Positions 1 to 12,606 of a DNA stretch of 64,000 bases are shown piece after piece. The stretch covers positions 19,665,786 through 19,729,785 of the forward strand of contig NC_132885.1 in the NCBI RefSeq assembly GCF_030463535.1, given 5' to 3'. Position numbers and translations under genes: made by a program. The stretch comes from Salminus brasiliensis. Lineage: Eukaryota. Numbering within the stretch: the first letter of the stretch is position 1; every line of letters starts with the position of its first letter. The notes below the pieces were generated by a model, which was given only the letters and a program-made list of their open reading frames with translations, was not told where the DNA came from and searched no databases.

Positions 1-394
1 GCTGTTCACTGTGTCTGTTGTCTCTTGTATTAATGGCACTTATTGTATTGTTCAGATTCCATGTTTGCACACTTATGTATCTGTACTGTATTATTTCTGT
101 TCCATGTTGCACCATAGTCCTGGAGGATGTCATTTGTGTTCTTGTAATCGGATGGAATGACAATAGGAGAGAAAAAAAAGTTTGGTGAGAGAGAAACATG
201 AAAGTAAAAGTCATTTTTTAACATTAACTTTGGAGGTGAAGCTTAAATGGGTAGACGTTTAATCAAGTCAAATCAGGTTTATTGTCACATCACATTAATA
301 CAGGCATGAAGGTTAGTGAAAACTGTAGGTGCCTGGTAGTAAGTACAGTGCACAGTAGTAAAAACACACATATACAAAATAGGAAATACAGAAT

Positions 395-1130
395 ATGTAC
401 ACATTAACTTGCACTATACAAACTTTATACATATTCTATACATACTCTATACACACTCTATACACCATATATATTCTAAACATACACTATACATACACCA
501 TACATACTCTATACATACACAATACATACACTATACACTATACATACTCTATACACCATATATATTCTATACATACACTATACATACACTTTACATACTC
601 TATACATATTCTATACATACTCTATACATATTCTATACATACTCTATACATACTCTATACACCATATATATTCTAAACATACACTATACATACACTTTAC
701 ATACTCTATACATACACTATACACCATATATATTCTATACATACACTATACATACACTTTACATACTCTATACATACACTATACATACACTATACACTAT
801 ACATACACTATACACCATATATATTCTAAACATACACTATACATACACCATACATACTCTATACATACACCATACATACACTATACACTATACATACTCT
901 ATACACCATATATATTCTAAACATACACTATACATACACAATACATACACTATACACTATACATACTCTATACACCATATATATTCTATACATAAACGCT
1001 ACATACATTTTACATACTCTATACATACTCTATACACCATATATATTCTAAACATACACTATACATACACTATACATACACGATACATACACTATACACT
1101 ATACATACTCTTGCTTTCACTTTATACCAC
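395..1130. repeat. Tandem satellite of about 10-12 bp units (CTATACATAC[A/T]CT variants), about 730 bp, forming the tail of a dispersed element whose head is at 240-395
   Basis: Visible periodicity. The ORF-track proteins (YTYSIHTLYI...) are translation artifacts. Confidence 0.9.
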
Positions 1131-2774
1131 TGATACAGTAAAACATAGTTAGTGCACTCACAAAAGAAATCAGTCATTGTCATTTTAAAGAAGAAATAGT
1201 ATTTTAACTCTAGGCAGCAGGGGGAGCTGTGCAGTCACTGCTTAGCCCCAAACACCACCTTCACTGTAGAAACGTAGTATGTGAAGAGGGCAGACTGGGA
1301 CATGGCATTTGCAAATGATATGTAAATTAGAAGCTGTGTGAGGGCTAAGGGTGTAACAGTACACAGATGTCATGGTTCGAGTTTGGCACTAGTTCAGTAT
1401 AACAGGAAAAAGCAACAAAAAAGGTTTACGACTAGATTAGAAGAGAGTTGAGCAAGTTACAGTTTGTTCCACCCCTAAGCAGGTGTAGCCTGTGTTTATT
1501 TTATCATACTTTTTGATACACTGTAGAATATTTCTGAAATGTACAGTGATTTACATGTACAGTTTTACCTTTCATGTCACTAGACATCATTGTCAAGTAG
1601 TCTGCTAATCAGCTTGGACACAGCAGGTTTGGGAGTGAGTTGAGGACAGTGGGTGTTTAAGGGTAATAGAACACTGGCAAAATTGTGTAGATCCTTTGGA
1701 TTTGGGAGAGGTTCTTTTTAAAAGCTTGAAATTAACTTTAATCAGGTACTACAGAGTTCAGTAGTTCAAAACTTTTAGACAGTTTCAATTTAAACACTAT
1801 AGAAGAACTGAACCTGAGTGTATGTCTAGTTTAACTAATTTCACGAAATATTAAATGAAATGATGGTTTAAAAACATAGCCTACTTTATGACAAATATCC
1901 AGACACAGAAGAATGGGGTTGGGGGGGGGGGGGTATTAGAATAACTCTTCTAATTAGCTGTCTAATTGATGACTAAAATATTCTTCTAATTGACTAATTG
2001 ACTAAAATATTCTGTCAACCAATCCATTTAATTTGTGATTTTTTTGCATTAGTAATGGTTGGGGGCTAAAAAAGGAATTCTACACAAAAAATAAAATATT
2101 TAAACAATAAGAACATTTATTGGTTGCATACTTTGAAAAAAATATTTTTATTGATCACATTATGATGCACACAAACGTTCTTGAACATGTAAATTATACA
2201 ATTTTGCATTTTCAAATTTATAACAGATACACAATACACACTAACTAAGCAAATTAAATCATGTTTTTGGGGTTTTTATTTTATTTATTTTTTTCTAAGA
2301 GTCAAAGTAAAGCCTGTACAAAATAGCACCCCATCTTCGTCACTAACACCATCCTCATCAACATCATCAATATAAAAATTGAGGCTATTCCTTCATTCAC
2401 AGAGAACTGGAACGTTACTGAACACAGATTTCAACTAAGGTTTTGTTTAGATAGCAGTGGATCTAGTGGTAACTGAGGTCGTACGATGATTCAGAAATGG
2501 AAATGATAACAACATTTGATTGAAACCACAGTAGATTCTTAACCGCAGTCGATTGTCATTCTGTGCAGCAGAATTTAGAATATTCTCATAAAGGTAGAAA
2601 CAGTTTGGGAACAGCGCTCTTCAGAATTGCTTCTTGCTAACACAATATGTACATAGTATGTTACAGATAAAACCAAAAATGAGTAAAAACATAACCATAA
2701 AATCAATGACCTGTTGCACTGACATTGGCAGACCCAGTGCTTTGCACCTAGTGTTCCTCATCGAGGTCAGTTGA

Positions 2775-3053
2775 TTATTTAGGTAGTAATGGCTGTCGTT
2801 CAGCTGAAAAGAATCCAGTTATGGTTGTATGGCCTGTATACTTTTTTATTTGGTCCAGTTTGGTCTGTACATTGACCTCAGCACGCTCTTTGACCTCTTC
2901 TTTAAGTTTTACTTTCAGCAAGTTGTCAGTCTCTTCCAGTACGTATTCATTAAAGAGAGTCTTATTGTAGAACTTGTGTCCTGCTCTTTTTGAACAGCAT
3001 AAAACGAGTGCCCATAACACCAACATCCCACACAGGAGAGCCAAGCCAAAGAC
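2775..3053 (-). CDS. CALHM/FAM26-like paralog A, coding exon 2 (TM4 VFGLALL... plus C-terminal helix, stop)
   Basis: Acceptor tttattttcaag|GTCTTTGGC, in frame with ORF 2775..3074. Same VFGL/VYGL/IIGL exon-2 start as paralogs B and C. Confidence 0.6.
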   Translation of the reverse strand, partial: VFGLALLCGMLVLWALVLCCSKRAGHKFYNKTLFNEYVLEETDNLLKVKLKEEVKERAEVNVQTKLDQIKKYTGHTTITGFFSAERQPLLPK

Positions 3054-3197
3054 CTTGAAAATAAATGTTTGCAATGAGAAAGCATAATCAGCATCAAGAT
3101 AAATCCACAGTGGGTAACTAATTCATATTAAATAACACCATCATCCTGACACATCATTTCATTTGACAGAAACCAGTTGATTAAATACAGTACTTAC

Positions 3198-3671
3198 ACA
3201 TGACACACTTTTCCAGTGTCTCATAGCTGCATAATCGTCACCTGTAGGTTTGTTTTTACAAGCTGGTTGCTCACTTCTGACTGTTATGTTCCGTGATGTT
3301 GTTTGAAGGCAGACCCACCAGTCTCCATCTATCAGTGCAGTTACGATCCATAGCAAACCCACTGCAAAAGCTCTCAGAAGTCGATTAAGAATTACACCAC
3401 TGTAAGTACAACAGTTCCTGTCTGTAAAAATCTCCAAAAATGTGTTGTCCACCACGATTATAATGCTGAAAAAAATGATGAAGGGAAGAATCATATAAAG
3501 TAAGCAGAACCAGGCGTTGTCTTCAGGGTCGCACGGACAAACAAACTCCTGTTTGAAAAGATAACTGAAGGTAACAAAAAAGAAAGCCACAGCAAAAGCA
3601 CCACCAGCTGATGTTAGTACTTTTGGTAGGGCTGCAGTATCAAAGTTTGGATGTTGCATGGCAGGTTGCAT
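3198..3671 (-). CDS. CALHM/FAM26-like paralog A, coding exon 1 (N-term, TM1-3, FVCPC and LIDGDWWVC motifs); donor GTAAGT at 3197-3192
   Basis: ORF 3159..3671 minus. Motifs LLTSAGGAF, FVCPCD, ALIDGDWWVC resemble human CALHM5/6 (LLTAGGERIF, FQCPCS, ALLGGAFYEC). Donor immediately after KSVSC. The start could instead be the downstream Met (MQHPNFD). Confidence 0.65.
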
Positions 3672-5599
3672 GGCAGACTATTGCCTGCTTTGTGCTTTTT
3701 GAAATTGGGTTTGCTGGGAGGCAGTCCAGGGTATGAAAGTACATCAATAGAAGAAGCCTGCTTATGAATGAAAGGTAGAGGGGGAGGAGTCAGACCTGTG
3801 CTCTTTTCTCACCAGATATTTGCTATATCCTGTTTCCATTGTGTGCACAACAGATCTGGGCCTTTTAGTTATCTCATTTCAGATCTTCAGAATTTCATAT
3901 TATCTTTACTGGAGATCAGAAGCCGCTTTTGCACTAGACAAAGGTAGGCAGCCTTGGGCTCTCATGAGACAAGAGACAATATGAGTGAGATGCATGTTGT
4001 TGTTATCTAATAACATACAAAACTGCAATAGCAGCAATTACAATTATATTTAACATGAATTATGGAGGATGTTTATTTGTGTGATGTTCTGGGTGTTTAG
4101 GGTGAAAGCAGAGGAATCCAAAAACGGGGAAGGATTGCAAAGCAAAAGGTTTCCAAATATAACACTGTTTTCAGCCTGAACATAGCTCAGCTCACATAGG
4201 CTCAGCAAGCCATACAAAATGCCAGTATAGTAAGTGTAGACAACTCTGACTGCCAGACACATATGGAACATCTGATAATCATGTTAATGGTGGCGACCAT
4301 GACACTGATAAACATGGTAAAGGTGACTGTTGAAAAGGGATCTACCTAACCAACATGGCTCACTATCAGTGCAGTGAAAAACCTTTATTCATCGCCAAAC
4401 ACAGTGTATAGGAACTGTAATCCATTACATTTAAGTAATGAAATATTGACTTTTTGATTTCATTATATTATTTTGTTCCACTTTTCTTTGCTGAAGGCCT
4501 TTAGTTATGATGTTTCTTGAGGCTGTTGCCTCAAATTGTCTATAATGTTTAGGTTAGGGGACTGTGAGGGTCGTTACAAAGCTTCAGTATGTGTCTTCTG
4601 ATGTAGAAGCTATCTGTGTGTTTTGACCTCTTTAGTCCACAGCACTTGTTTGCAAAACTGATCTGTCTTGTCTAGATGTTCTATGGCATACTTCAAACAT
4701 TGAGTTTTGTAATAAGGTTGCATGTAAGGTTTCTTTCTTGCGTATCTTCCACAAAGATACACAGGCAATGCTGTACAGTGGAATAGTGCCCCACCCTCTT
4801 GACCTTTACGTTACCCTTCTTGCAGGCTCTTGTCAGTCAGAGTTTTGATTTGCCTCTCTTCAAGCATACAAGCAGTTATTTCAGCCTTTCAGAGATCTTC
4901 CAGATCTCATCTGGACCTCTGGAGTTCCCCTGAACACTTGTATGTCATCTACAGACTGACTTACGTTTAGAAAGGTCTTTAGAAAGGGGGTGCTACATTT
5001 TAAACGATGCTGGATTAGTTGTGTAGTTTTGCTGGTTTATAGGGTTGGGCGGTATCCCCTTTTTTTACACCATCATACCATTTTAAGATATTACCACGAT
5101 ATGCGGTATTAGTGGGGACGGGGAGTAGTGCAAGTTGTGCAAGTAGTGCAGATGGTCCTTTATTTTTGTAGCTTCTGTATGATATTATCCTGTGCTATTT
5201 AAGAACCACAAAACAATCAAATAAGAAGTTCTGTATGTTCCCAGTGTCACAGACTAAATTACCACCATGCACACCATTCAATAAATGTTAAACCATCAGT
5301 CTGCCAACAACTGCAAATGTTAAAGAGAAGCTGATTATCCTTAGTCAGCAAGATAACAATCTGCTCACCTGAAAGCCCACTTATACATTTTAGACAATAA
5401 TAACTCAGATCGAGCGACTGGTGTTGGTGGAAGGATAGAAAGCTGGACATAAAGGTTTTTTCAATGACTGAAGTCTAAAACTCACTGACACTACCGAATG
5501 CTGATGCTGAATGGTGTTACCACCTCAGCCAGGGTTTTGCTGCAGCCCACAGTTGCTGCTTGTTTGTGGGTCTTTCTGCTTTCAGTTTTGTCTACTGTA

Positions 5600-6440
5600 A
5601 GTGAAAGGCATGCTCAGCTGGGTTGAGGGTTTAAGCCATTTCAGAAGATTTCGTATTTTTAAGAAGCTACATAAAGAAGCTGTTTGAGTGACAGCATTCA
5701 GTAAATTGACCAGCACACAAGATCATCAGTTCAAACAGAAGTTACTTGAGTCTAAAATAAGGCCCAAAACAACCCAAGAACCATCAAGGCAAAGGTCTGC
5801 CATGAACGGAAAGCTACTAGAACATCAATATCATTGCCTCGCCATGGACTAACTAACAGGCTGCCTTTCAAGAAAGAAGCTCCTGCTTCAAAATTGACAC
5901 CTTCAAGCTCAACTAAAATCTGCAGCTGATTGCATGGACAAAGAAAAAACCTTTCACCCTAAAGTTTTTAGGGTCAAAGACAAAGATGTAAGACATTCTA
6001 CCCCAATCACAATGCATAACTCTTAAGCATTGTAGTGGTCGTAACATGTTTCTGGGGCTGTTTTAGTTACCTTACATTGCACAAAGTGGAGTCCTGAAGA
6101 AACCTTCAGCATCACCTTAAAACATCAGCAAGACGGCTAAAACTTGTAGACAATCAGGTGTTCCAACGGGACAGTGACCCCAGATGCAAATCAAATGTGG
6201 TTGGGAAAAGGATAAAGCAGATTAACATTAAGCTTTTGAAATGGCATTCCCAAAGTCCTGACCTCAAATATGTAGACTTTGCTTAGGTCCATGCCAGGAA
6301 ACTAACAAATTTAACTAATTCTGCCAAAATGAGCAATCAAATATTCAACAAGAAATCTTTCCAAAACCTGGCGACCAGAAGCATTTAACATCTTAGAAAT
6401 TTGCTAAGGGACTTTTAACCCAATATTAGGTATGCTGTAT
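5600..6440 (+). mobile_element. Degraded Tc1-like transposase remnant (...FQRDSDP...WHSQSPDLK...); an adjacent antisense Tc1-like fragment lies at about 4400-5110
   Basis: Decayed DDE-region motifs in translation. Confidence 0.5.
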
Positions 6441-8454
6441 GTATATGTATGTATATTTTTGATCATGTGTGTTTAATTTTGACCCTGTGTTGACTTCTGA
6501 CCCCAATCCCCCCCCCCCATTTGTGCAAAACACTTTTCTTTTCTTAGAACCAGAATGTAATCACTGAAAGCCCAACACTGTCTATGAGGAGACGTATGTG
6601 AACAGCCGACCACAAATGCCTGTATGTAGGTGCCTGCATATGTTCTCATGGCATTGTGAAAGAAAAAAAGACCTCAGCCTTTCTTTGATTTCTACCCGTG
6701 GTAAGTCTGCACTGTGCCTCAAACCAAGGCTTTCTGCTAACCCTGCACATTCTCAAAATGTGGTTGAGTGCATACATTGTCTCAGGGAAAGGCATCAGAC
6801 CTGTTTACAAGAATTTACCTAATTTCTCAGAATGTAAGCGTAACAAACAAGACTCCAGATGACCACTGCACTTCTGTACAAGCAGCAAAAACTGTGCAAA
6901 CACCAAAAAATCTAAACATGAGACACAGAAATGACACGTTTATAACTGGCTTTTCCTTTTCATGCATGTCTTGTTGACTTTAAAATATCCTTCAGTTATG
7001 TCCTATATTTTTTATATACGGTAGAGTTGGACTGTTTTATGTTATGACAGCTAATAACACTGCTTTCTGTCTTTGTGAAAAGATATAAAAAGCATTCTAC
7101 ACAGTGTAATATTTGATGGCTCTAGTGTAACATGGTACATGTACATATTCATGATTTTAGAACTTGAATGAACATATTTTAAAAGGTTTATCCTTATTCG
7201 CTATATTGCCTTGTGTAAAACTTTGTTTAGTGATTTTGTCTAATCTGTGTAAAGTAAAGAAGGGTATCCCTGCAATCTAAAGCCAGCTCCAAATGAGCGG
7301 TAGAACATTTTCATACACATCTCAGCGGATGAAAGCTTCGGCTTGTTAGTTGGTGCGTATGTGAGTTTGACTGTAAGTAGCAGAACTAAGGACACCAGAA
7401 ACAAAATAAAATAAGGTTGACAGTAACACGCTTTCTACTTATGGGGTGGAAGGAGCAATGACTGTTCCGTTCTGCAAAAATAACGGCAAAAGTGTCAGCC
7501 ATTAAATTTGCAACCAGAGTCTGTGCATTAAAGACCACAGGTGAAGCCAGACTCGCCTACTTAATTGGTAGACTGGCCCCTTCTCTGAGAATAAGCGTGC
7601 CTCAGACTGCAGAAGTAGAGGGCATAGAGTAGGATAGGAACAGTTGGGACTGCACATATCCCTTTTAAGTGCGGACAGTTGGGACATTCGACATCCAGCG
7701 AATACTGAATTGTCCCTAACAATATTTTTAATTATGTATTTGGTAAACCTCATTAAATGAGGGACGATTCAGTAGGCTATTAATCCTAAACGTGTGTGTG
7801 TGTTTGGCAATTAGCCTAATTTGGTGATATTCTCAGTCATTGACTAATGTGTATAGTCAATATAGTTGTGCTTACACAATAATAAGGTTATCTCAGTCCA
7901 TGGACACTTCAAATATTCACTTTAGTTAAAACATTTCCCACTTCCTGCACTACTTACTGTAGGTATTTGCCTGATCAACCTAATCAGATCATTAACAAGC
8001 CGTTCCTCAGGTAAAGTGGGTGTACTCGAGCAGGAAACATTAAGATGTGCAGGACAGGTGTTTACTTACCTCTCCATCTCCATCTGAATACTTCTTGGTA
8101 AAGGCTGGGATCTGTGGTATTTATGTAAAAGCTTGCTCTTTGTTTTTCTTTTGACTTTTTTAATGTATTAAGTCAATTCTATAAACATACCACAAGAAAC
8201 AAAATTCCAAATTCTCTTCGATTGTATTAATAAATACTCAATGCAGTTTGTGACCGTTATTGAAAAGTTGACTGCACATATCCCTTTTAAGTGTGCCAGA
8301 ATGTTTAATAAACATTACTTAAGCATTACTTTAACCTATATAGTCCTTAATTCTATCTTTTTGTGACCTGTATTGTAACACATTTCTACCCTTACTGAGC
8401 TTTCATTAAGCATTATTCAGTCATCGTTAGCACTACCTCATGTGCTACAATAGC

Positions 8455-8545
8455 AAGCTGCATAAAATTGCTTCATTTACATTTACGCCATTTAGAAGAC
8501 GCTTTTATCCAGAGCGACTTACAAAAGTGCTTTGCAATTTACTCA
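8455..8545. repeat. Fragment resembling a widespread teleost interspersed repeat (catttacatttacgccatttagaagacgcttttatccagagcgacttacaaaagtgc)
   Basis: I recognise this as a conserved core found in many fish SINE or dispersed repeats. I recall the family only vaguely. Confidence 0.35.
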
Positions 8546-9075
8546 AGAATAACCTTAGCTAGTTTGAATAGACTAAAAAATCAAAGATACCTCTAAGCTT
8601 AGACACTACTAAACACAAGTCAATATAGAGGCCTTAATACTCTACACTTCACTCAGTTCTGAGGGTGATTGTGGTCAAGAACATATGGTTATGTGAATGT
8701 AAAGGGTGAAGTAAGGAGGAACAAGTCAACCACAGCTTACAGATATTAACCCTTTTAATACACACCAAGGTAAACACAGACAGTGTAACCACCAGTAAAG
8801 CCACCAAGATGGTATACAGACTGTAAACATAGTCTGCTTACATGAAAAGGGAATCTGGTAGCACCAAAGGAAAAATCAGTTTCAAAACCAACAAACCAAA
8901 GAGTTAGGTTAGTTTTTTGTTTAAATTATTTAATGATGAACTGAGACATTGCTTCACCATTTAGTAATTGGTTGTAATATGTTTAATGGGTGATTAATTG
9001 AGACATTAGTTGAGACATAAATGAGTAATGCTTAATAATGTTTTAACTAGTACCAAGTAATAATTGGTACTAGGA

Positions 9076-11800
9076 TTTGGTCATGTTCAGGTTGCAGTTG
9101 ATCAGGATTTGGGGTTGATGCTGGTTGTGTTCAGGTTGCAGTTGATCAGGATTTGGGGTTGATGCTGGTCGTGTTCAGGTTGCAGTTGATCAGGATTTGG
9201 GGGTTGATGCTGGTCGTGTTCAGGTTGCAGTTGTTCAGGATTTGGGGGTTGATGCTGGTCATGTTCAAGTTGCAGTTGATCAGGATTTGGGGGTTTATGC
9301 TGGTCGGGTTCAGGTTGCAGTTGTTCAGGATTTGGGGGTTGATGCTGGTCGTGTTCAAGTTGCAGTTGATCAGGATTTGGGGTTGATGCTGGTCGTGTTC
9401 AGGTTGCAGTTGATCAGGATTTGGGGGTTGATGCTGGTCGGGTTCAGGTTGCAGTTGATCAGGATTTGGGGGTTGATGCTGGTCGTGTTCAGGTTGCAGT
9501 TGATCAGGATTTTGGGTTGATGCTGGTCGTTTTCAGGATGCAGTTGATCAGGATTTGGGGGTTGATGTTGGTCGTGTTCAGGATGCAATTGATCAGATTT
9601 GGGGGTTTATGCTGGTCGGGTTCAGGTTGCAGTTGATCAGGATTTGGGGTTGATACTGGTTGTGTTCAGGTTGCAGTTGATCAGGATTTGGGGTTGATGC
9701 TGGTTGTGTTCAGGTTGCAGTTGATCAGGATTTGGGGTTGATGCTGATGGGGTTCAGGTTGCAGTTGATCAGGATTTGGGGGTTGATGCTGGTCAGGTTC
9801 AGGTTGCAGTTGATCAGGATTTGGGGGTTGATGCTGGTCAGGTTCAGGTTGCAGTTGATCAGGATTTGGGGTTGATGCTGGTCGTGTTCAGGTTGCAGTT
9901 GATCAGGATTTGGGGTTGATGCTGGTCGTGTTCAGGTTGCAGTTGATCAGGATTTTGGGTTGATGCTGGTCGTTTTCAGGATGCAGTTGATCAGGATTTG
10001 GGGGTTGATGTTGGTCGTGTTCAGGATGCAATTGATCATATTTGGGGGTTTATGCTGGTCGGGTTCAGGTTGCAGTTGATCAGGATTTGGGGTTGATACT
10101 GGTTGTGTTCAGGTTGCAGTTGATCAGGATTTGGGGTTGATACTGGTTGTGTTCAGGTTGCAGTTGATCAGGATTTGGGGTTGATGCTGATGGGGTTCAG
10201 GTTGCAGTTGATCAGGATTTGGGGGTTGATGCTGGTCAGGTTCAGGTTGCAGTTGATCAGGATTTGGGGTTGATGCTGGTCAGGTTCAGGTTGCAGTTGA
10301 TCAGGATTTGGGGTTGATGCTGGTTGGGTTCAGGTTGCAGTTGATCAGGATTTGGGGTTGATGCTGGTCGGGTTCAGGTTGCAGTTGATCAGATTTTGGG
10401 GTTGACGCTGGTCGGGTTCAGGTTGCAGTTGATCAGATTTTGGGGTTGATGCTGGTCAGGTTCAGGTTGCAGTTGATCAGGATTTGGGGGTTGATGCTGG
10501 TCAGGTTCAGGTTGCAGTTGATCAGGATTTGGGGGTTGATGCTGGTCAGGTTCAGGTTGCAGTTGATCAGGATTTGGGGGTTGATGCTGGTCAGGTTCAG
10601 GTTGCAGTTGATCAGGATTTGGGGGTTGAAACTGGTCGGGTTCAGGTTGCAGTTGATCAGGATTTGGGGGTTGAAACTGGTCGGGTTCAGGTTGCAGTTG
10701 ATCAGGATTTGGGGGTTGATGCTGGTCAGGTTCAGGTTGCAGTTGATCAGGATTTGGGGTTGATGCTGGTTGTGTTCAGGTTGCAGTTGATCAGGATTTG
10801 GGGGTTGATGCTGGTCGTGTTCAGGTTGCAGTTGATCAGGATTTTGGGTTGATGCTGGTCGTTTTCAGGATGCAGTTGATCAGGATTTGGGGGTTGATGT
10901 TGGTCGTGTTCAGGATGCAATTGATCAGATTTGGGGGTTTATGCTGGTCGGGTTCAGGCTGCAGTTGATCAGGATTTGGGGTTGATACTGGTTGTGTTCA
11001 GGTTGCAGTTGATCAGGATTTGGGGTTGATGCTGGTTGTGTTCAGGTTGCAGTTGATCAGGATTTGGGGTTGATGCTGGTTGTGTTCAGGTTGCAGTTGA
11101 TCAGGATTTGGGGGTTGATGCTGGTCGGGTTCAGGTTGCAGTTGATCAGGATTTGGGGGTTTATGCTGGTCGGGTTCAGGTTGCAGTTGATCAGGATTTG
11201 GGGTTGATGCTGGTTGTGTTCAGGTTGCAGTTGATCAGGATTTGGGGGTTGATGCTGGTCGGGTTCAGGTTGCAGTTGATCAGGATTTGGGGTTGATACT
11301 GGTCGGGTTCAGGTTGCAGTTGATCAGGATTTGGGGGTTGATGCTGATGGGGTTCAGGTTGCAGTTGATCAGGATTTGGGGGTTGATGCTGGTCAGGTTC
11401 AGGTTGCAGTTGATCAGGATTTGGGGTTGATGCTGGTTGTGTTCAGGTTGCAGTTGATCAGGATTTGGGGGATGATGCTGGTCAGGTTCAGGTTGCAGTT
11501 GATCAGGATTTGGGGTTCATGCTGGTCGTGTTCAGGTTGCAGTTGATCAGGATTTGGGGTTGATGCTGGTCGGGTTCAGGTTGCAGTTGATCAGATTTGG
11601 GGGTTTATGCTGGTCGGGGTTTCAGGTTGCAGTGGATCAGGATTTGGGGGATGATGCTGGTCGTGTTCAGGTTGCAGTTGATCAGGATTTGGGGGATGAT
11701 GCTGGTCAGGTTCAGGTTGCAGTTGATCAGGATTTGGGGTTGATGCTAATCTGTTTCAGGTTGCAGTTGATCAGAACTTGGGGGTTGTTGCTGGTCATGG
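9076..11800. repeat. 44/45-bp minisatellite (GTTCAGGTTGCAGTTGATCAGGATTTGGGGTTGATGCTGGTCGT), about 61 copies, with a roughly 444-bp (10-monomer) higher-order periodicity
   Basis: The variant block gattttgggttgatgctggtcgttttcaggatg recurs at about 9507, 9950 and 10839 (spacings 443 and 889 bp). All ORFs inside are artifacts. Confidence 0.92.
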
Positions 11801-12052
11801 ATTTGCAGTAGGGGTTGAATGCTGTTGTGGAATATCAAGCAGGCCGGTCTTTTTCAGTTTATTTTTTGCATTTACTGTTGCCTTGACTTTGGACAGCTCT
11901 TTAATGCTCTTTTCTAGAAGTTGGTCAGTCTCCTCCAGCACATATTCACCATACAAAGCCTGCTTACAGGATTTGTATCCTTTGCTTTCTGAAAAATATA
12001 TACCTATTGCCCATAAAATTAATATCACAGCCAGCACAGCCAATCCATACAC
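11795..12052 (-). CDS. CALHM/FAM26-like paralog B, coding exon 2 (TM4 and C-terminus, stop at 11795-11797)
   Basis: Acceptor ctccttaag|GTGTATGGATTG, in frame with ORF 11795..12085. The stop codon sits inside the last degenerate unit of the 9076-11800 minisatellite. Confidence 0.65.
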   Translation of the reverse strand: MYGLAVLAVILILWAIGIYFSESKGYKSCKQALYGEYVLEETDQLLEKSIKELSKVKATVNAKNKLKKTGLLDIPQQHSTPTANP

Positions 12053-12156
12053 CTTAAGGAGAATGTTTGAAAAGAGAAAGCACAATTTTTATAAATTGTA
12101 GTTATTTAATTTAACAACATTTCAAGGAATACAAAATCACTAGATTGAATACTTAC

Positions 12157-12606
12157 ACGCGATTGATTTGTGAAGTGTCTGATATTTGCAAATTCATCAC
12201 TGGTAGGTTCCTTCTTGCAAGCTGGCTGTTCAGTCCTGACTGTTATGTTGGTTGACGTGGTCATAATGCACACTAGGCAGTCACCATCCAGGAGTACTGT
12301 TACAATCCATAGTAAGCACACAGTTGTAGCTCTCAGAATTCGCTTCAAACATGAAATTAATTGACAGGAGGAACAAAGATTAATAAAGATTTTGTCTGCT
12401 ACGATTATAATTCCAAAAAATATGGAAGCGGGTGCAAAAATGTAAATCGAGCAAAACCACAGGTTTTCTTCATGGTCGCACGGGCAATCAAACTCCAGTT
12501 TAAAAATATACTGGGAAGTAACAAAAAAGAGGATGCCTACAAATGCACCATCAGCTGATGTTAGCAGCTGTGATAGCGCTTTAGTGCTGAAGTCCGGATG
12601 GGTCAT
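12157..12606 (-). CDS. CALHM/FAM26-like paralog B, coding exon 1
   Basis: ORF 12106..12606 minus: MTHPDFSTKALSQLLTSADGAFVG...FDCPCDHEEN...TVLLDGDCLVC...HFTNQSR|gtaagt (donor 12156-12151). Confidence 0.7.

Noticed and set aside
395-1152. 247-aa ORF of YTYSIHTLYI repeats
   Set aside because: Translation of the 10-12-bp satellite.
9146-11811. Many 60-120-aa ORFs on both strands (MGVDAGRVQVAVDQDLG..., PQILINCNLNTTSIN...)
   Set aside because: They are translations of the 44/45-bp minisatellite. The frames break whenever a 44-bp unit follows a 45-bp one, and they show no homology or start context.
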